A stretch of 18,258 bases of DNA from a virus. The translations under genes were made by a program, and so were the position numbers. Shown here in pieces: positions 7,469-15,588 of the stretch (its first letter is position 1; each line of letters opens with the position of its first letter). The notes beneath the pieces are model-generated. The model had not been told where the DNA came from and searched no databases. It was given only the letters and a program-made list of their open reading frames with translations. Where the stretch lies: the UHGV virus genome UHGV-0272440. One strand, 5' to 3'.

Positions 7469-8616
7469 TTGCGCCCCCTTACCTCTGAAGGGTTCAGCGA
7501 CAAATTTATGAGACTGGCCAGTAGCGCCGCGTCGTTGATGCGGTCATACAGACTTACAGCCAGCGGGGATTCGGCTTTTGCCAACATGGGATAAAGCTGC
7601 TGCAGCCAGACCTGATGAATTGATGAAATGTAGGAATAGAGAACGCTGGCGTTATGTGCAACGTCGCTCGGTACAGAGGGCTTTGAAAGCTGTTTCTCCA
7701 TCTGGTTAAAGGCATTGATGTATGCCTCTTTGAACTGGGCAGCACGTTTACCCGTGAAACCCATAGCAAGAAACGCAAAACCGTCGCGTGTGATTTGGTA
7801 GCAAGGAAGTTTGCGACCTGTGCAATCAGTGTAATCACTCACCGAAAAATTGCGGGCAGTGAATGATGCTGAGCATTCAAGCGTGCGGATCTTTTTCAGT
7901 ACATCGTCATGACGTTTAGAGAAGAAGTCAGCAACAGCCAAAGAAGATGTAACAGCCTGACCATCAACGATGGCAATTTCAGGTTGAGAGATGGTTGGGA
8001 GAGTAGTCATGGTGACAGCCCCGGTAGTCAGTTTTTTAGAAAACTCACCACATGGGACGCCAATCACAGAGGTGGTGAGACGTACAGGGTTGGCGTTACC
8101 GGAGACTACCGAACCCGGCCCGACCGAAGTCGGCCCTGTACGCCACACCATAATTTGGGCGTAGCAATGCTCATGACACGAAAAAACCGCATGAGCGCGG
8201 TTATGCTCAGTAATCAATTTCAGGACGCCAATCCCGGCACCCGCTTTATAAGGTGCCTGAACAGTGTAACGTCCCGGAATGGCAGAATCAATGTGCTGGT
8301 GGTCCTTCACACTCAACAAAATCACGCCTGAATTTCCACAAAGGACTAAAGCACTCATGCGGGTAGTCTTTGCGAAGATAGATAACGCGCTGTGTTTCTG
8401 GCTCCCAACGAATAACATGAACATAAAGTCCTCTTCCGTCACGAAACCAGCGGTTAAGTTCCTGCACAACTCGCCCCCCACAGTCAGGTAAAGTTCTCTG
8501 TGGTTACTTACAGCCAGGTGATTTGGTAATCTGCATTCATGCCGTAACAACAGGTGTGCAGCGACACTGACCACCAGCTGTTGCGACAAACGGTTATTTG
8601 CCGTTAAACTGTTCAT
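7465..8616 (-). CDS. Rha-domain phage regulatory protein with an uncharacterised N-terminal region of about 200 aa
   Basis: C-terminal half ('IAIVDGQAVTSSLAVADFFSKRHDDVLKKIRTLE...YQITRDGFAFLAMGFTGKRAAQFKEAYINAFNQMEKQL') matches the Rha/phage-regulatory domain. The ATG at 8616 overlaps the upstream stop (ATGA) with GGAGA upstream. The internal ATG at 8010 is an alternative start that would give a roughly 180-aa Rha protein. Confidence 0.55.
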   Translation of the reverse strand: MNSLTANNRLSQQLVVSVAAHLLLRHECRLPNHLAVSNHRELYLTVGGELCRNLTAGFVTEEDFMFMLFVGSQKHSALSIFAKTTRMSALVLCGNSGVILLSVKDHQHIDSAIPGRYTVQAPYKAGAGIGVLKLITEHNRAHAVFSCHEHCYAQIMVWRTGPTSVGPGSVVSGNANPVRLTTSVIGVPCGEFSKKLTTGAVTMTTLPTISQPEIAIVDGQAVTSSLAVADFFSKRHDDVLKKIRTLECSASFTARNFSVSDYTDCTGRKLPCYQITRDGFAFLAMGFTGKRAAQFKEAYINAFNQMEKQLSKPSVPSDVAHNASVLYSYISSIHQVWLQQLYPMLAKAESPLAVSLYDRINDAALLASLINLSLNPSEVRGRK

Positions 8617-9164
8617 GCGTTAGTTTCTCCACAGACACAAAACGCCACGACGCCCGGAGCTGCACACTCGCGGGCGTCACTCTTTTCTGGAGCGCAGAAA
8701 ATTTTGTAGACCAGTGCCGCATGCTCCTGGAGCTTCGAAATTGACAGATACAATTCATCATTAATTGCTGTCTGCTCGTGTGGCTCCACTACCCCATCTT
8801 CGATTGCCGAACGAATCTGCTTTGAGTAACTCCCGATCTGTTCGATGACTTCCAGCAGGCGCTGGTTTATATCTGCGTTCTCTACTTCCTCAATTTCAGG
8901 AAGCGATACAAACACCCCACCAGCAGACTGTGCGACAGCATCCGCAATGTAGTGAGTGCCAGCAGCACGCTGTAAAATCATTGCCCATCCCAGCGGGAAA
9001 ATCTGATCGCCATCTGCACGAAGGCGGTTGAATAAAGCGTTCTCTGTAACATCCAGCCACTCAGCAGCTTCAGCGTAACCCCCTGGCAACGCCGCGATGG
9101 TTTTTCTGACAGCTTTCACGTACCACTCAGGCTGTTTTTCCACTTTCCAGTGATGATTACCCAC
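8613..9164 (-). CDS. Putative CII-like/YdaT-family regulatory protein
   Basis: 183-aa ORF immediately downstream of cro. GTG start with strong AGGAGG Shine-Dalgarno 6 nt upstream. Family assignment is from position and recollection of YdaT-like proteins following cro-like genes; not verified. Confidence 0.4.
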   Translation of the reverse strand: MGNHHWKVEKQPEWYVKAVRKTIAALPGGYAEAAEWLDVTENALFNRLRADGDQIFPLGWAMILQRAAGTHYIADAVAQSAGGVFVSLPEIEEVENADINQRLLEVIEQIGSYSKQIRSAIEDGVVEPHEQTAINDELYLSISKLQEHAALVYKIFCAPEKSDARECAAPGVVAFCVCGETNA

Positions 9165-9417
9165 GGCTTACCTCCTGTTCCTGTGGTTTAAACCCATTCT
9201 GGTTTTGGCTAGATTGAAAACGTGCCGGATAAAGAATCTGCATTTCGCTGATTTCACCCTTAAAAAAATTGGCCAGACGTTCTGCAAGATCGATAGATGG
9301 AATTTGTTCCAGTCTTTCAATACGACTCAGCGTCGCTGGATTGACCTGAACGCCAGCAGCAACATGCTGCAAAGTAAATCCGTGCGCCTTACGCACATTC
9401 CGTAATGGTGATTGCAT
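9157..9417 (-). CDS. Cro-like helix-turn-helix transcriptional regulator
   Basis: 86 aa; XRE-type HTH 'FTLQHVAAGVQVNPATLSRIERLEQIPSIDLAERLANFF'; GGAGGT Shine-Dalgarno; divergent from the repressor gene. Confidence 0.7.
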   Translation of the reverse strand: MQSPLRNVRKAHGFTLQHVAAGVQVNPATLSRIERLEQIPSIDLAERLANFFKGEISEMQILYPARFQSSQNQNGFKPQEQEVSRG

Positions 9418-9514
9418 ATAACCTCCACATATTGCGTGATGAGCATATTATTTCACGCAAATATTTTGCGCAAGTTGATTTGCTTAACGCGCAATAAAGA
9501 AATGTAATAAACGC
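9418..9514. promoter_or_regulatory. Divergent immunity promoter/operator region (OR-like)
   Basis: Inverted repeat TTGCGTGA...TCACGCAA (9435..9463), self-complementary TTGCGCAA (9469..9476) and GCGCAA (9492..9497). Candidate cro promoter on the minus strand: TTGCGC (-35, 9471..9476) - 17 bp - TAATAT (-10, 9448..9453), overlapping these repeats. Confidence 0.5.
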
Positions 9515-10207
9515 ATGAACATAGGAAACCGAGTCAGACAACTTCGCCAGGCGAAGAACATGAAAATCGCCGATCTCGCTGAAGCAATAGGAGTGGATGC
9601 GGCGAATATCTCACGCCTGGAAACAGGTAAGCAGAAACAATTCACTGAACAAGCCCTGAGTAATATTGCCAAGAGCTTAGGTGTTGATATTGCTGATCTC
9701 TTTACCTCAGACTTCAAAAGTAATACTGTATGTAAAAACAGTATTAGTGAGGATGTTGCGCAGGTGAAGGATGTATTCCGTATTGAAATGCTGGATGTCA
9801 GTGCCAGTGCGGGAAATGGCCTTATCCAGGGCGGTGATGTCATTGATGTGATTCATGCCATTGAATACAGAACTGATAATGCTGTATCGATGTTTGGTGG
9901 ACGGCCAGCCAATCACATTAAAGTTATCAACGTTCGTGGGGACAGTATGTGTCCAACCATTGAGCCAGGAGATCTCATCTTCGTTGATGTCAGTATCAAT
10001 CAGTTTGATGGAGATGGTATCTATGTATTTGGTTTTGATGATAAAATTTATGTCAAACGACTGCAAATGATACCTGACAAACTACTGGTGATTTCTGATA
10101 ACCAGATTTACCGTGAATGGGGAATTACCAGCGAAAATGAACACCGGTTTATGGTCTTTGGAAAGGTCTTAATCAGCCAGTCACAAACCATTAAGCGACA
10201 CAATTAA
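9515..10207 (+). CDS. CI-type prophage repressor (HTH plus S24 LexA-like autopeptidase domain)
   Basis: 230 aa; N-terminal HTH 'MKIADLAEAIGVDAANISRLETGK'; C-terminal S24 motifs 'VRGDSMCPTIEPGDLIFVD' (Ser nucleophile) and 'YVKRL' (Lys). Confidence 0.85.
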   Translation: MNIGNRVRQLRQAKNMKIADLAEAIGVDAANISRLETGKQKQFTEQALSNIAKSLGVDIADLFTSDFKSNTVCKNSISEDVAQVKDVFRIEMLDVSASAGNGLIQGGDVIDVIHAIEYRTDNAVSMFGGRPANHIKVINVRGDSMCPTIEPGDLIFVDVSINQFDGDGIYVFGFDDKIYVKRLQMIPDKLLVISDNQIYREWGITSENEHRFMVFGKVLISQSQTIKRHN

Positions 10208-10227
10208 CCCTTACCTCCTCATCAATT

Positions 10228-10249
10228 AGCCACCCAAAGGTGGCTTTTC
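10228..10249 (+). terminator. Rho-independent terminator after the repressor gene
   Basis: Stem AGCCACC (10228..10234), loop CAAA, stem GGTGGCT (10239..10245), then TTTT (10246..10249). Confidence 0.65.
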
Positions 10250-10259
10250 ATTACCCTTT

Positions 10260-10301
10260 AAATTGCATATCTCGCAACAAAAACACTTGCATAATGCGCA
10301 A
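10260..10301 (+). promoter_or_regulatory. Candidate early-left promoter/operator (pL/OL-like)
   Basis: Two 15-bp units of form TTGCA-N5-CGCAA ('TTGCATATCTCGCAA' 10263..10277; 'TTGCATAATGCGCAA' 10287..10301) sharing the CGCAA half-site with the OR repeats; -10-like CATAAT at 10290..10295. The promoter assignment is an inference. Confidence 0.35.
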
Positions 10302-10715
10302 CTTCATTTTATCTTTCTTTCCAGACAAACAAACAAGGTACTAACAAAATTTGGTTGTAACACGGCGTATGGCACATGCGTCGTTAGCGGTCTGGGGACG
10401 TTAAAGGGGACAATCCACTCCTTGCTCGGGCAAACAAACCAGGTAGCCGGAATGTGCAAGTCAATGATGATGCTGATAAGACGCCTAACCAGCGTGGCGA
10501 TTCGGTTTGACGCCTGGGAAGAGACCAGGGTGCAACGATGAGGGCATTTATGGAGCCGCGACAAAGTGTGGTGCCGTAACTGGCTAAGTGCTCTCAGCGT
10601 TGTGGTAATCCGCGAAATGGCGCGGCGGTAAGTATGGCGGGGTTACTCTTTCCCCGTTGAGGACACCGGATTGTCAGGTTGACCATACGCCTGAGTGACA
10701 ACCCCACCACAACAG

Positions 10716-10772
10716 CCACTGCTTTGGCGGTACCAGTTTGTACCCTTGCTTCCGGCTGGTACCGCTCTTTTT
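10716..10772 (+). ncRNA. DicF-like small RNA ending in an intrinsic terminator
   Basis: 'CTTTGGCGGTACCAGTTTGTACCC' closely parallels the 5'/seed region of E. coli DicF as I recall it ('GTTTGGCGGTATCAGTTTTACTCC'). Followed by a perfect 10-bp hairpin GCGGTACCAG (10727..10736) / CTGGTACCGC (10756..10765) and TCTTTTT. The 5' boundary is approximate. Confidence 0.5.
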
Positions 10773-10778
10773 ACAAAA

Positions 10779-10859
10779 CAGAGAAGAGCATCACCGGACG
10801 ACGGGCTCATAACCCAATCCATCCGGGCGGCAGCCACCGCAGGTGTTCTTCTCTGTTTT
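10779..10859 (+). terminator. Second large hairpin followed by a U-run (terminator/attenuator-like) in the early-left leader
   Basis: 12-bp stem CAGAGAAGAGCA (10779..10790) / TGTTCTTCTCTG (10844..10855, one G-U pair) enclosing a structured 53-nt loop, followed by TTTTGT. Confidence 0.4.
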
Positions 10860-10909
10860 GTGGAGAAACTAATCGGCCTTGCAGGGTCGATATGATGAGG
10901 AGCAGCAAA

Positions 10910-11272
10910 ATGGCTAGCGAACGCAGTACTGATGTGCAGGCATTTATCGGGGAGCTGGACGGCGGCGTATTTGAAACCAAAATCGGCGCAGTTCTCAGTG
11001 AAGTCGCTTCCGGTGTGATGAACACGAAAACCAAAGGTAAGGTCTCACTCAACCTGGAAATCGAACCATTTGATGAGAACCGTGTGAAAATCAAACACAA
11101 ACTCTCATATGTTCGCCCGACTAACCGCGGGAAAATTTCTGAAGAAGACACCACCGAAACACCGATGTATGTCAATCGCGGTGGTCGCCTGACTATTCTG
11201 CAGGAAGACCAGGGACAATTACTGACTCTTGCCGGTGAACCTGACGGAAAACTCCGCGCAGCAGGTCATTAA
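10910..11272 (+). CDS. hypothetical early-left protein (YfdP-like by size and position)
   Basis: 121-aa ORF from the ATG at 10910 with GAGGAG Shine-Dalgarno 8 nt upstream. The ORF-track start at 10679 would run through the terminator hairpins and is rejected. Confidence 0.55.
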   Translation: MASERSTDVQAFIGELDGGVFETKIGAVLSEVASGVMNTKTKGKVSLNLEIEPFDENRVKIKHKLSYVRPTNRGKISEEDTTETPMYVNRGGRLTILQEDQGQLLTLAGEPDGKLRAAGH

Positions 11273-11337
11273 TATCGTTCTTAATTAACTGATTATTTAT
11301 CTCATCACTGAATATCTTTATATAGTGAGGACTTATT

Positions 11338-12162
11338 ATGTCTCAGAACTTAGACGCAACCGCAATTAATCAAATCCATGCTCTTATTTCTGCTCAGGAT
11401 GTTAATGAAATTATCAGTAAGATTGGTGCCGATGCTGTGGCATTGCCTGAGAATTTCCGCATTCATGATCTGGAAAAATTTAATTTAAATCGCTTCCGTT
11501 TCCGTGGTGCGCTTTCCACTGCCAGCATTGATGACTTTACCCGTTATTCTAAAGATCTTGCAGATGAAGGCACCCGCTGCTTTATCGATGCCGATAATAT
11601 GCGAGCCATCAGTGTGCTTAACCTGGGTACTATTGATGAACCAGGTCACGCAGATAACACCGCCACTCTCAAACTGAAAAAGACAGCACCGTTCTCTGCC
11701 CTGTTGTCTGTTAACGGCGAGCGTAACTCCCAGAAGTCACTAGCAGAATGGATTGAAGACTGGGCCGACTACCTTGTGGGCTTTGATGCTAATGGTGACG
11801 CCATTCAGGCAACCAAAGCGGCTGCGGCGATCCGTAAAATCACAATTGAAGCGAACCAGACCGCTGATTTTGAAGATAATGACTTCAGCGGCAAACGCTC
11901 CCTGATGGAGTCTGTCGAAGCGAAGACCAAAGACATTATGCCAGTGGCATTTGAATTTAAATGCGTTCCGTTTGAAGGTCTGAAAGAACGTCCGTTTAAA
12001 TTACGCCTCAGCATTATCACTGGCGATCGTCCTGTACTGGTTCTGCGCATTATTCAGCTGGAAGCGGTGCAGGAAGAAATGGCTAACGAATTTCGTGATC
12101 TGCTTGTTGAGAAATTCAAAGACAGCAAAGTAGAAACCTTTATTGGTACTTTCACCGCCTGA
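11338..12162 (+). CDS. yfdQ: DUF2303/YfdQ-like protein
   Basis: 274-aa ORF with GTGAGGA Shine-Dalgarno. Length and N-terminus match my recollection of E. coli CPS-53 YfdQ; memory-based, no search run. Confidence 0.5.
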   Translation: MSQNLDATAINQIHALISAQDVNEIISKIGADAVALPENFRIHDLEKFNLNRFRFRGALSTASIDDFTRYSKDLADEGTRCFIDADNMRAISVLNLGTIDEPGHADNTATLKLKKTAPFSALLSVNGERNSQKSLAEWIEDWADYLVGFDANGDAIQATKAAAAIRKITIEANQTADFEDNDFSGKRSLMESVEAKTKDIMPVAFEFKCVPFEGLKERPFKLRLSIITGDRPVLVLRIIQLEAVQEEMANEFRDLLVEKFKDSKVETFIGTFTA

Positions 12163-12176
12163 TTTCATTACTGCAA

Positions 12177-12198
12177 ATGCCCCTGCGGGGGCATTTAT
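12177..12198 (+). terminator. GC-rich hairpin (possible intrinsic terminator/attenuator) between early genes
   Basis: Perfect 9-bp stem AAATGCCCC (12177..12185) / GGGGCATTT (12190..12198) with loop TGCG. No extended U-run beyond the stem, so terminator function is uncertain. Confidence 0.3.
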
Positions 12199-12289
12199 GG
12201 AAACGTAATTAACTCAATAATCACCGAATGGTGAGGGCTTCCTTTTACCAGAATTCAGCGCGGTGCAGTGCATATACGTGGAGAACAAA

Positions 12290-12826
12290 ATGTCATTTAT
12301 TAAAACTTTTTCCGGGAAGCATTTTTATTATGACAAGATAAATAAAGACGACATCGATATTAACGATATCGCGGTTTCCCTTTCAAATATCTGTCGCTTT
12401 GCCGGTCATCTTTCGCACTTCTACAGCGTCGCCCAACATGCGGTTCTTTGCAGCCAGCTGGTGCCGCAGGAATTTGCTTTTGAAGCGTTAATGCATGATG
12501 CAACAGAAGCGTATTGCCAGGACATTCCCGCACCACTGAAACGTCTTCTTCCTGACTATAAACGGATGGAAGAAAAAATAGACGCCGTAATCCGTGAGAA
12601 ATACGGGTTACCCCCGGTTATGAGCACGCCAGTGAAATATGCCGATCTCATCATGCTGGCAACCGAACGCCGCGATCTCGGACTTGATGATGGCTCTTTC
12701 TGGCCTGTATTGGAAGGTATCCCGGCAACAGAGATGTTCAAAGTTATTCCACTGTCGCCAGGCCATGCCTATGGGATGTTTATGGAACGTTTTAACGAGT
12801 TATCGGAGTTACGCAAATGCGCATGA
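12290..12826 (+). CDS. yfdR: HD-domain phosphohydrolase (YfdR-like 5'-deoxynucleotidase)
   Basis: HD motifs 'SVAQHAV' and 'ALMHDATEAY'. 178 aa from the ATG at 12290 with GGAGA Shine-Dalgarno; the ORF-track start at 12263 is a GTG. Confidence 0.7.
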   Translation: MSFIKTFSGKHFYYDKINKDDIDINDIAVSLSNICRFAGHLSHFYSVAQHAVLCSQLVPQEFAFEALMHDATEAYCQDIPAPLKRLLPDYKRMEEKIDAVIREKYGLPPVMSTPVKYADLIMLATERRDLGLDDGSFWPVLEGIPATEMFKVIPLSPGHAYGMFMERFNELSELRKCA

Positions 12827-13167
12827 ATGTTATCGAAATGGAAGGGTTTCTTCGCGGGAAATGTGTACCGCGAGATCTGAAAGTGAATGAAACAAATGCT
12901 GAGTATCTGGTGCGTAAATTCGATGAAGTACGTGCTGAGGCTCGCAACGAGGGTATTAACTATACCGCAAGCCGTCTTGCTGCTGCTTTCAATCACGGAT
13001 TTATCAATAAGCCTTTGGCTGAAGTTTTCGACGTTACACGCATGATTCTGTCAGCAAAAGAAGAGTTAGCTAATGAATCGCATCCGATTGATGGCCTGTC
13101 CGGTGAATATGCAGAGAAATCCCTTGAAGAATGGGCGGAACAGATTCGCAAAGGAGTTCAGTCATGA
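12817..13167 (+). CDS. hypothetical protein (YfdS-like by position)
   Basis: 116-aa ORF overlapping the upstream stop; GGAG about 8 nt upstream. No recognised domain. Confidence 0.5.
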   Translation: MRMNVIEMEGFLRGKCVPRDLKVNETNAEYLVRKFDEVRAEARNEGINYTASRLAAAFNHGFINKPLAEVFDVTRMILSAKEELANESHPIDGLSGEYAEKSLEEWAEQIRKGVQS

Positions 13168-13397
13168 GCATCCGAACTGAACATGGATTTGGTCCTTCAA
13201 CGGTCGAAGTCGAATGGCTTGATGATTGCCCTAAGTGCCAGCACGGCAAAGCCAAGGTAACAGGATGGTCGGTAACCAAAGATTCTTTGTGGGCGGGTGA
13301 TGAGGCCGTTTGTTCCAAATGCGGTCACAAAGGTGAAATCGATGCTGATGGAGAGAATGCCTGGGTGGAATGGGACGAAATCGAGGAGGCACAATGA
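13164..13397 (+). CDS. small Cys4 zinc-ribbon protein
   Basis: 77 aa from the ATG at 13164 (AAGGAG Shine-Dalgarno, ATGA overlap with upstream stop). Two CxxC pairs: 'CPKC' and 'CSKC'. Confidence 0.55.
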   Translation: MSIRTEHGFGPSTVEVEWLDDCPKCQHGKAKVTGWSVTKDSLWAGDEAVCSKCGHKGEIDADGENAWVEWDEIEEAQ

Positions 13398-14032
13398 GCA
13401 AAATCGACATCGACACACTGGCGCTGCGTGAGGCGGCAGAACGTGCAATTCCGGCAATGGAACGCCTGTTAATGTTGCCAGTTGATGATGATCTGATAAG
13501 TGAACAGGAACTTAAAGATTACGGTGTGGATATTGATGCGCTCAACGCCTTCAAATTTCTGGCCGGACCAGAAACCGTGCTGGCGCTTCTGGATGAACGG
13601 GAAAGAAACCAGCAATACATCAAACGCCGCGACCAGGAGAACGAGGATATTGCGCTTACGGTTGGGAAGCTGCGCGTTGAGCTTGAAGCAGCAAAATCAA
13701 AACTCAACGAGCAGCGTGAGTATTACGAAGGTGTTATCTCGGATGGAAGTAAGCGCATTGCAGAACTGGAAGCACGGGAAATAAAACCAGCCAAAGGTGA
13801 AGTTCTTGTCGTTGTTTCTGGTTTTACTGGTTGCGGAAAAAGCGCCATTGCCGGGGAAATAGAAATCGCGATGAAGGCTATTGGTGTACCGGTTCAGTGG
13901 ACTAATGGCGATGCGGAAAAGCGCATGACAGGAGCTGACTGGTTGACAGCGATTGAGATGTACAAACCAACAGTGCGCATCGTGGAAGTTAATGTGCCAC
14001 GCGCCGCAGGCATTCGCATCAAAGGAGAGTGA
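13394..14032 (+). CDS. coiled-coil protein, Ead/Ea22-like, with a Walker-A-like motif near the C-terminus
   Basis: 212 aa from the ATG at 13394 (GAGGAGG Shine-Dalgarno, ATGA overlap). Charged heptad-like segment 'LRVELEAAKSKLNEQREYYEGVISDGSKRIAELEARE'; 'SGFTGCGKS' fits GxxxxGK[ST]. The Ea22-like label is from memory. Confidence 0.5.
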   Translation: MSKIDIDTLALREAAERAIPAMERLLMLPVDDDLISEQELKDYGVDIDALNAFKFLAGPETVLALLDERERNQQYIKRRDQENEDIALTVGKLRVELEAAKSKLNEQREYYEGVISDGSKRIAELEAREIKPAKGEVLVVVSGFTGCGKSAIAGEIEIAMKAIGVPVQWTNGDAEKRMTGADWLTAIEMYKPTVRIVEVNVPRAAGIRIKGE

Positions 14033-14033
14033 G

Positions 14034-14225
14034 ATGAACGGACAAATATCAATTGTTCGACCGGGAGCATGTGACGATCGCGAGATACGAATGATTATTC
14101 GTCTGGCGATGGGGAAAACAATAACTGCTCTCATTACTCCTGAAAATCTCGCATTAGCATTAACAGGAAAGTCAGACCTGCCAGTAGAGCTAAAGCTGCG
14201 AAATATTGAGATTAAAGTGAAATAG
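14034..14225 (+). CDS. hypothetical small protein (63 aa)
   Basis: ATG at 14034 with AAGGAGAG Shine-Dalgarno, directly after the upstream stop. No recognised domain. Confidence 0.45.
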   Translation: MNGQISIVRPGACDDREIRMIIRLAMGKTITALITPENLALALTGKSDLPVELKLRNIEIKVK

Positions 14226-14227
14226 TT

Positions 14228-14980
14228 ATGAATACTCTTACCAAAGAATGGTTACAGAACACGATTACCGGAATTGAGTCGATAATAGACGATAAATCGT
14301 TTGTATGTAGTGAAATAGCATTCGAAATAGGTCAGGTTAACAACATACTTACCGCATTTAAAATTACACTGGCATCGCTGGCAGCAGTATCGGATGAACG
14401 AGCAGCCTATGAATTATTTATGGAGAAGCGTTTCGGGGAATCTGTAGATCGCCGTAGGGCAAAAAATGGCGATAGAGAATACATGGCATGGGATATGGCG
14501 CTTGGCTGGATTATCTGGTGTCACCGCGCCGCCATGCTTCAGGGTAGCCAACCTGTAAGCCAAACTTACAACTTGCCAGAATTAATCGAAGGCATGGAAG
14601 TTTCCATTGATGTAAGCACTTGTGATGCTGATTTAGGTAATCGCTATTTCGGCACCGTCACCGAGGCGTTAGAACTTGATACAGCCAAGAATGGTTACAT
14701 CCTCCTGGTTCAGGACGCAGAGCCAAACTTCGATGTAAATGGCAACTCTCCGGGAACTCCGGATAGTTGGATAAGCTGTAGTGATCGAATGCCTGAAAAG
14801 GGCCAGAACGTGCTTATTTCGGTGAATTTCGATAGCTCTCTGGTTGAACCGCTAATATGCTCCGCACGCTATACCGGAAGCACCTTTCGGCGCGGAGATG
14901 CAACGATTAAGCCGGGTAATGGTATTGAGCAAGCAACTCACTGGATGCCGCTACCGGAACCGCCGCAGGAGGTGAAGTGA
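14228..14980 (+). CDS. hypothetical protein with possible DUF551-like C-terminal domain
   Basis: 250-aa ORF; C-terminal 'WISCSDRMPEKGQNVLIS...HWMPLPEPP' resembles the DUF551 pattern as I recall it. Uncertain. Confidence 0.45.
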   Translation: MNTLTKEWLQNTITGIESIIDDKSFVCSEIAFEIGQVNNILTAFKITLASLAAVSDERAAYELFMEKRFGESVDRRRAKNGDREYMAWDMALGWIIWCHRAAMLQGSQPVSQTYNLPELIEGMEVSIDVSTCDADLGNRYFGTVTEALELDTAKNGYILLVQDAEPNFDVNGNSPGTPDSWISCSDRMPEKGQNVLISVNFDSSLVEPLICSARYTGSTFRRGDATIKPGNGIEQATHWMPLPEPPQEVK

Positions 14981-15552
14981 TGAACAACTTAATGATCGAC
15001 CTTGAGACAATGGGGAAAAATAAGGATGCACCGATCGTTTCCATTGGCGCGGTGTTCTTCACTCCAGAAACCGGAGACATCGGACAAGAATTCTATACGG
15101 TTGTCAGCCTGGACAGTGCTATGGAGCAAGGGGCCACACCTGACGGCGATACCATCCTGTGGTGGTTGAAACAAAGCCCTGAAGCACGAGCTGCAATCTG
15201 TATTGATGATACTTTGTCGATCAGCGATGCACTCTCTGAACTGAGCCATTTCATTAATCGGCACGCAGGCAATACGAAATATTTAAAAGTTTGGGGTAAC
15301 GGGGCCACCTTCGACAACGTAATTTTACGCGGAGCTTATGAACGAGCAGGACAAATCTGCCCATGGGCGTACTGGAATGATCACGATGTACGCACGATCG
15401 TTACGCTTGGGCGTTCCATCGGATTCGCCCCCAAAATGGACATGCCTTTCGATGGCGAACGGCACAACGCCCTGGCTGATGCTCGTCATCAGGCAAAATA
15501 TGTTTCAGCTATCTGGCAGAAGTTAATTCCTGCCACCAGCACAGAATTATGA
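14980..15552 (+). CDS. DnaQ-like 3'-5' exonuclease (DEDDh family)
   Basis: Exo motifs 'MIDLETMG' (D-x-E), 'VWGNGATFDNVIL' (D) and 'HNALADARHQ' (H-x4-D). ATG at 14980 with AGGAGGTG Shine-Dalgarno; GTG at 14977 is the alternative. Confidence 0.7.
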   Translation: MNNLMIDLETMGKNKDAPIVSIGAVFFTPETGDIGQEFYTVVSLDSAMEQGATPDGDTILWWLKQSPEARAAICIDDTLSISDALSELSHFINRHAGNTKYLKVWGNGATFDNVILRGAYERAGQICPWAYWNDHDVRTIVTLGRSIGFAPKMDMPFDGERHNALADARHQAKYVSAIWQKLIPATSTEL

Positions 15553-15588
15553 TTTTCCCGGGTGCAGCCGGTTTTGATGGAGAAAATT

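Noticed and set aside
7909-8491. Plus-strand ORFs 7909..8331 and 8279..8491 opposite the Rha-domain gene
   Set aside because: Antisense to a gene with coupled start and a recognisable Rha domain; Arg-rich translations typical of the wrong strand.
10263-10564. ORFs 10263..10541 (plus) and 10304..10564 (minus) downstream of the repressor gene
   Set aside because: They start inside the promoter/operator repeats, lack ribosome-binding sites and have non-protein-like composition; the region is better explained as a structured leader.
10679-10909. N-terminal extension of the 10679..11272 ORF
   Set aside because: The extension would be translated through two terminator hairpins and the DicF-like element and has no ribosome-binding site, whereas the ATG at 10910 has a GAGGAG Shine-Dalgarno at ideal spacing.
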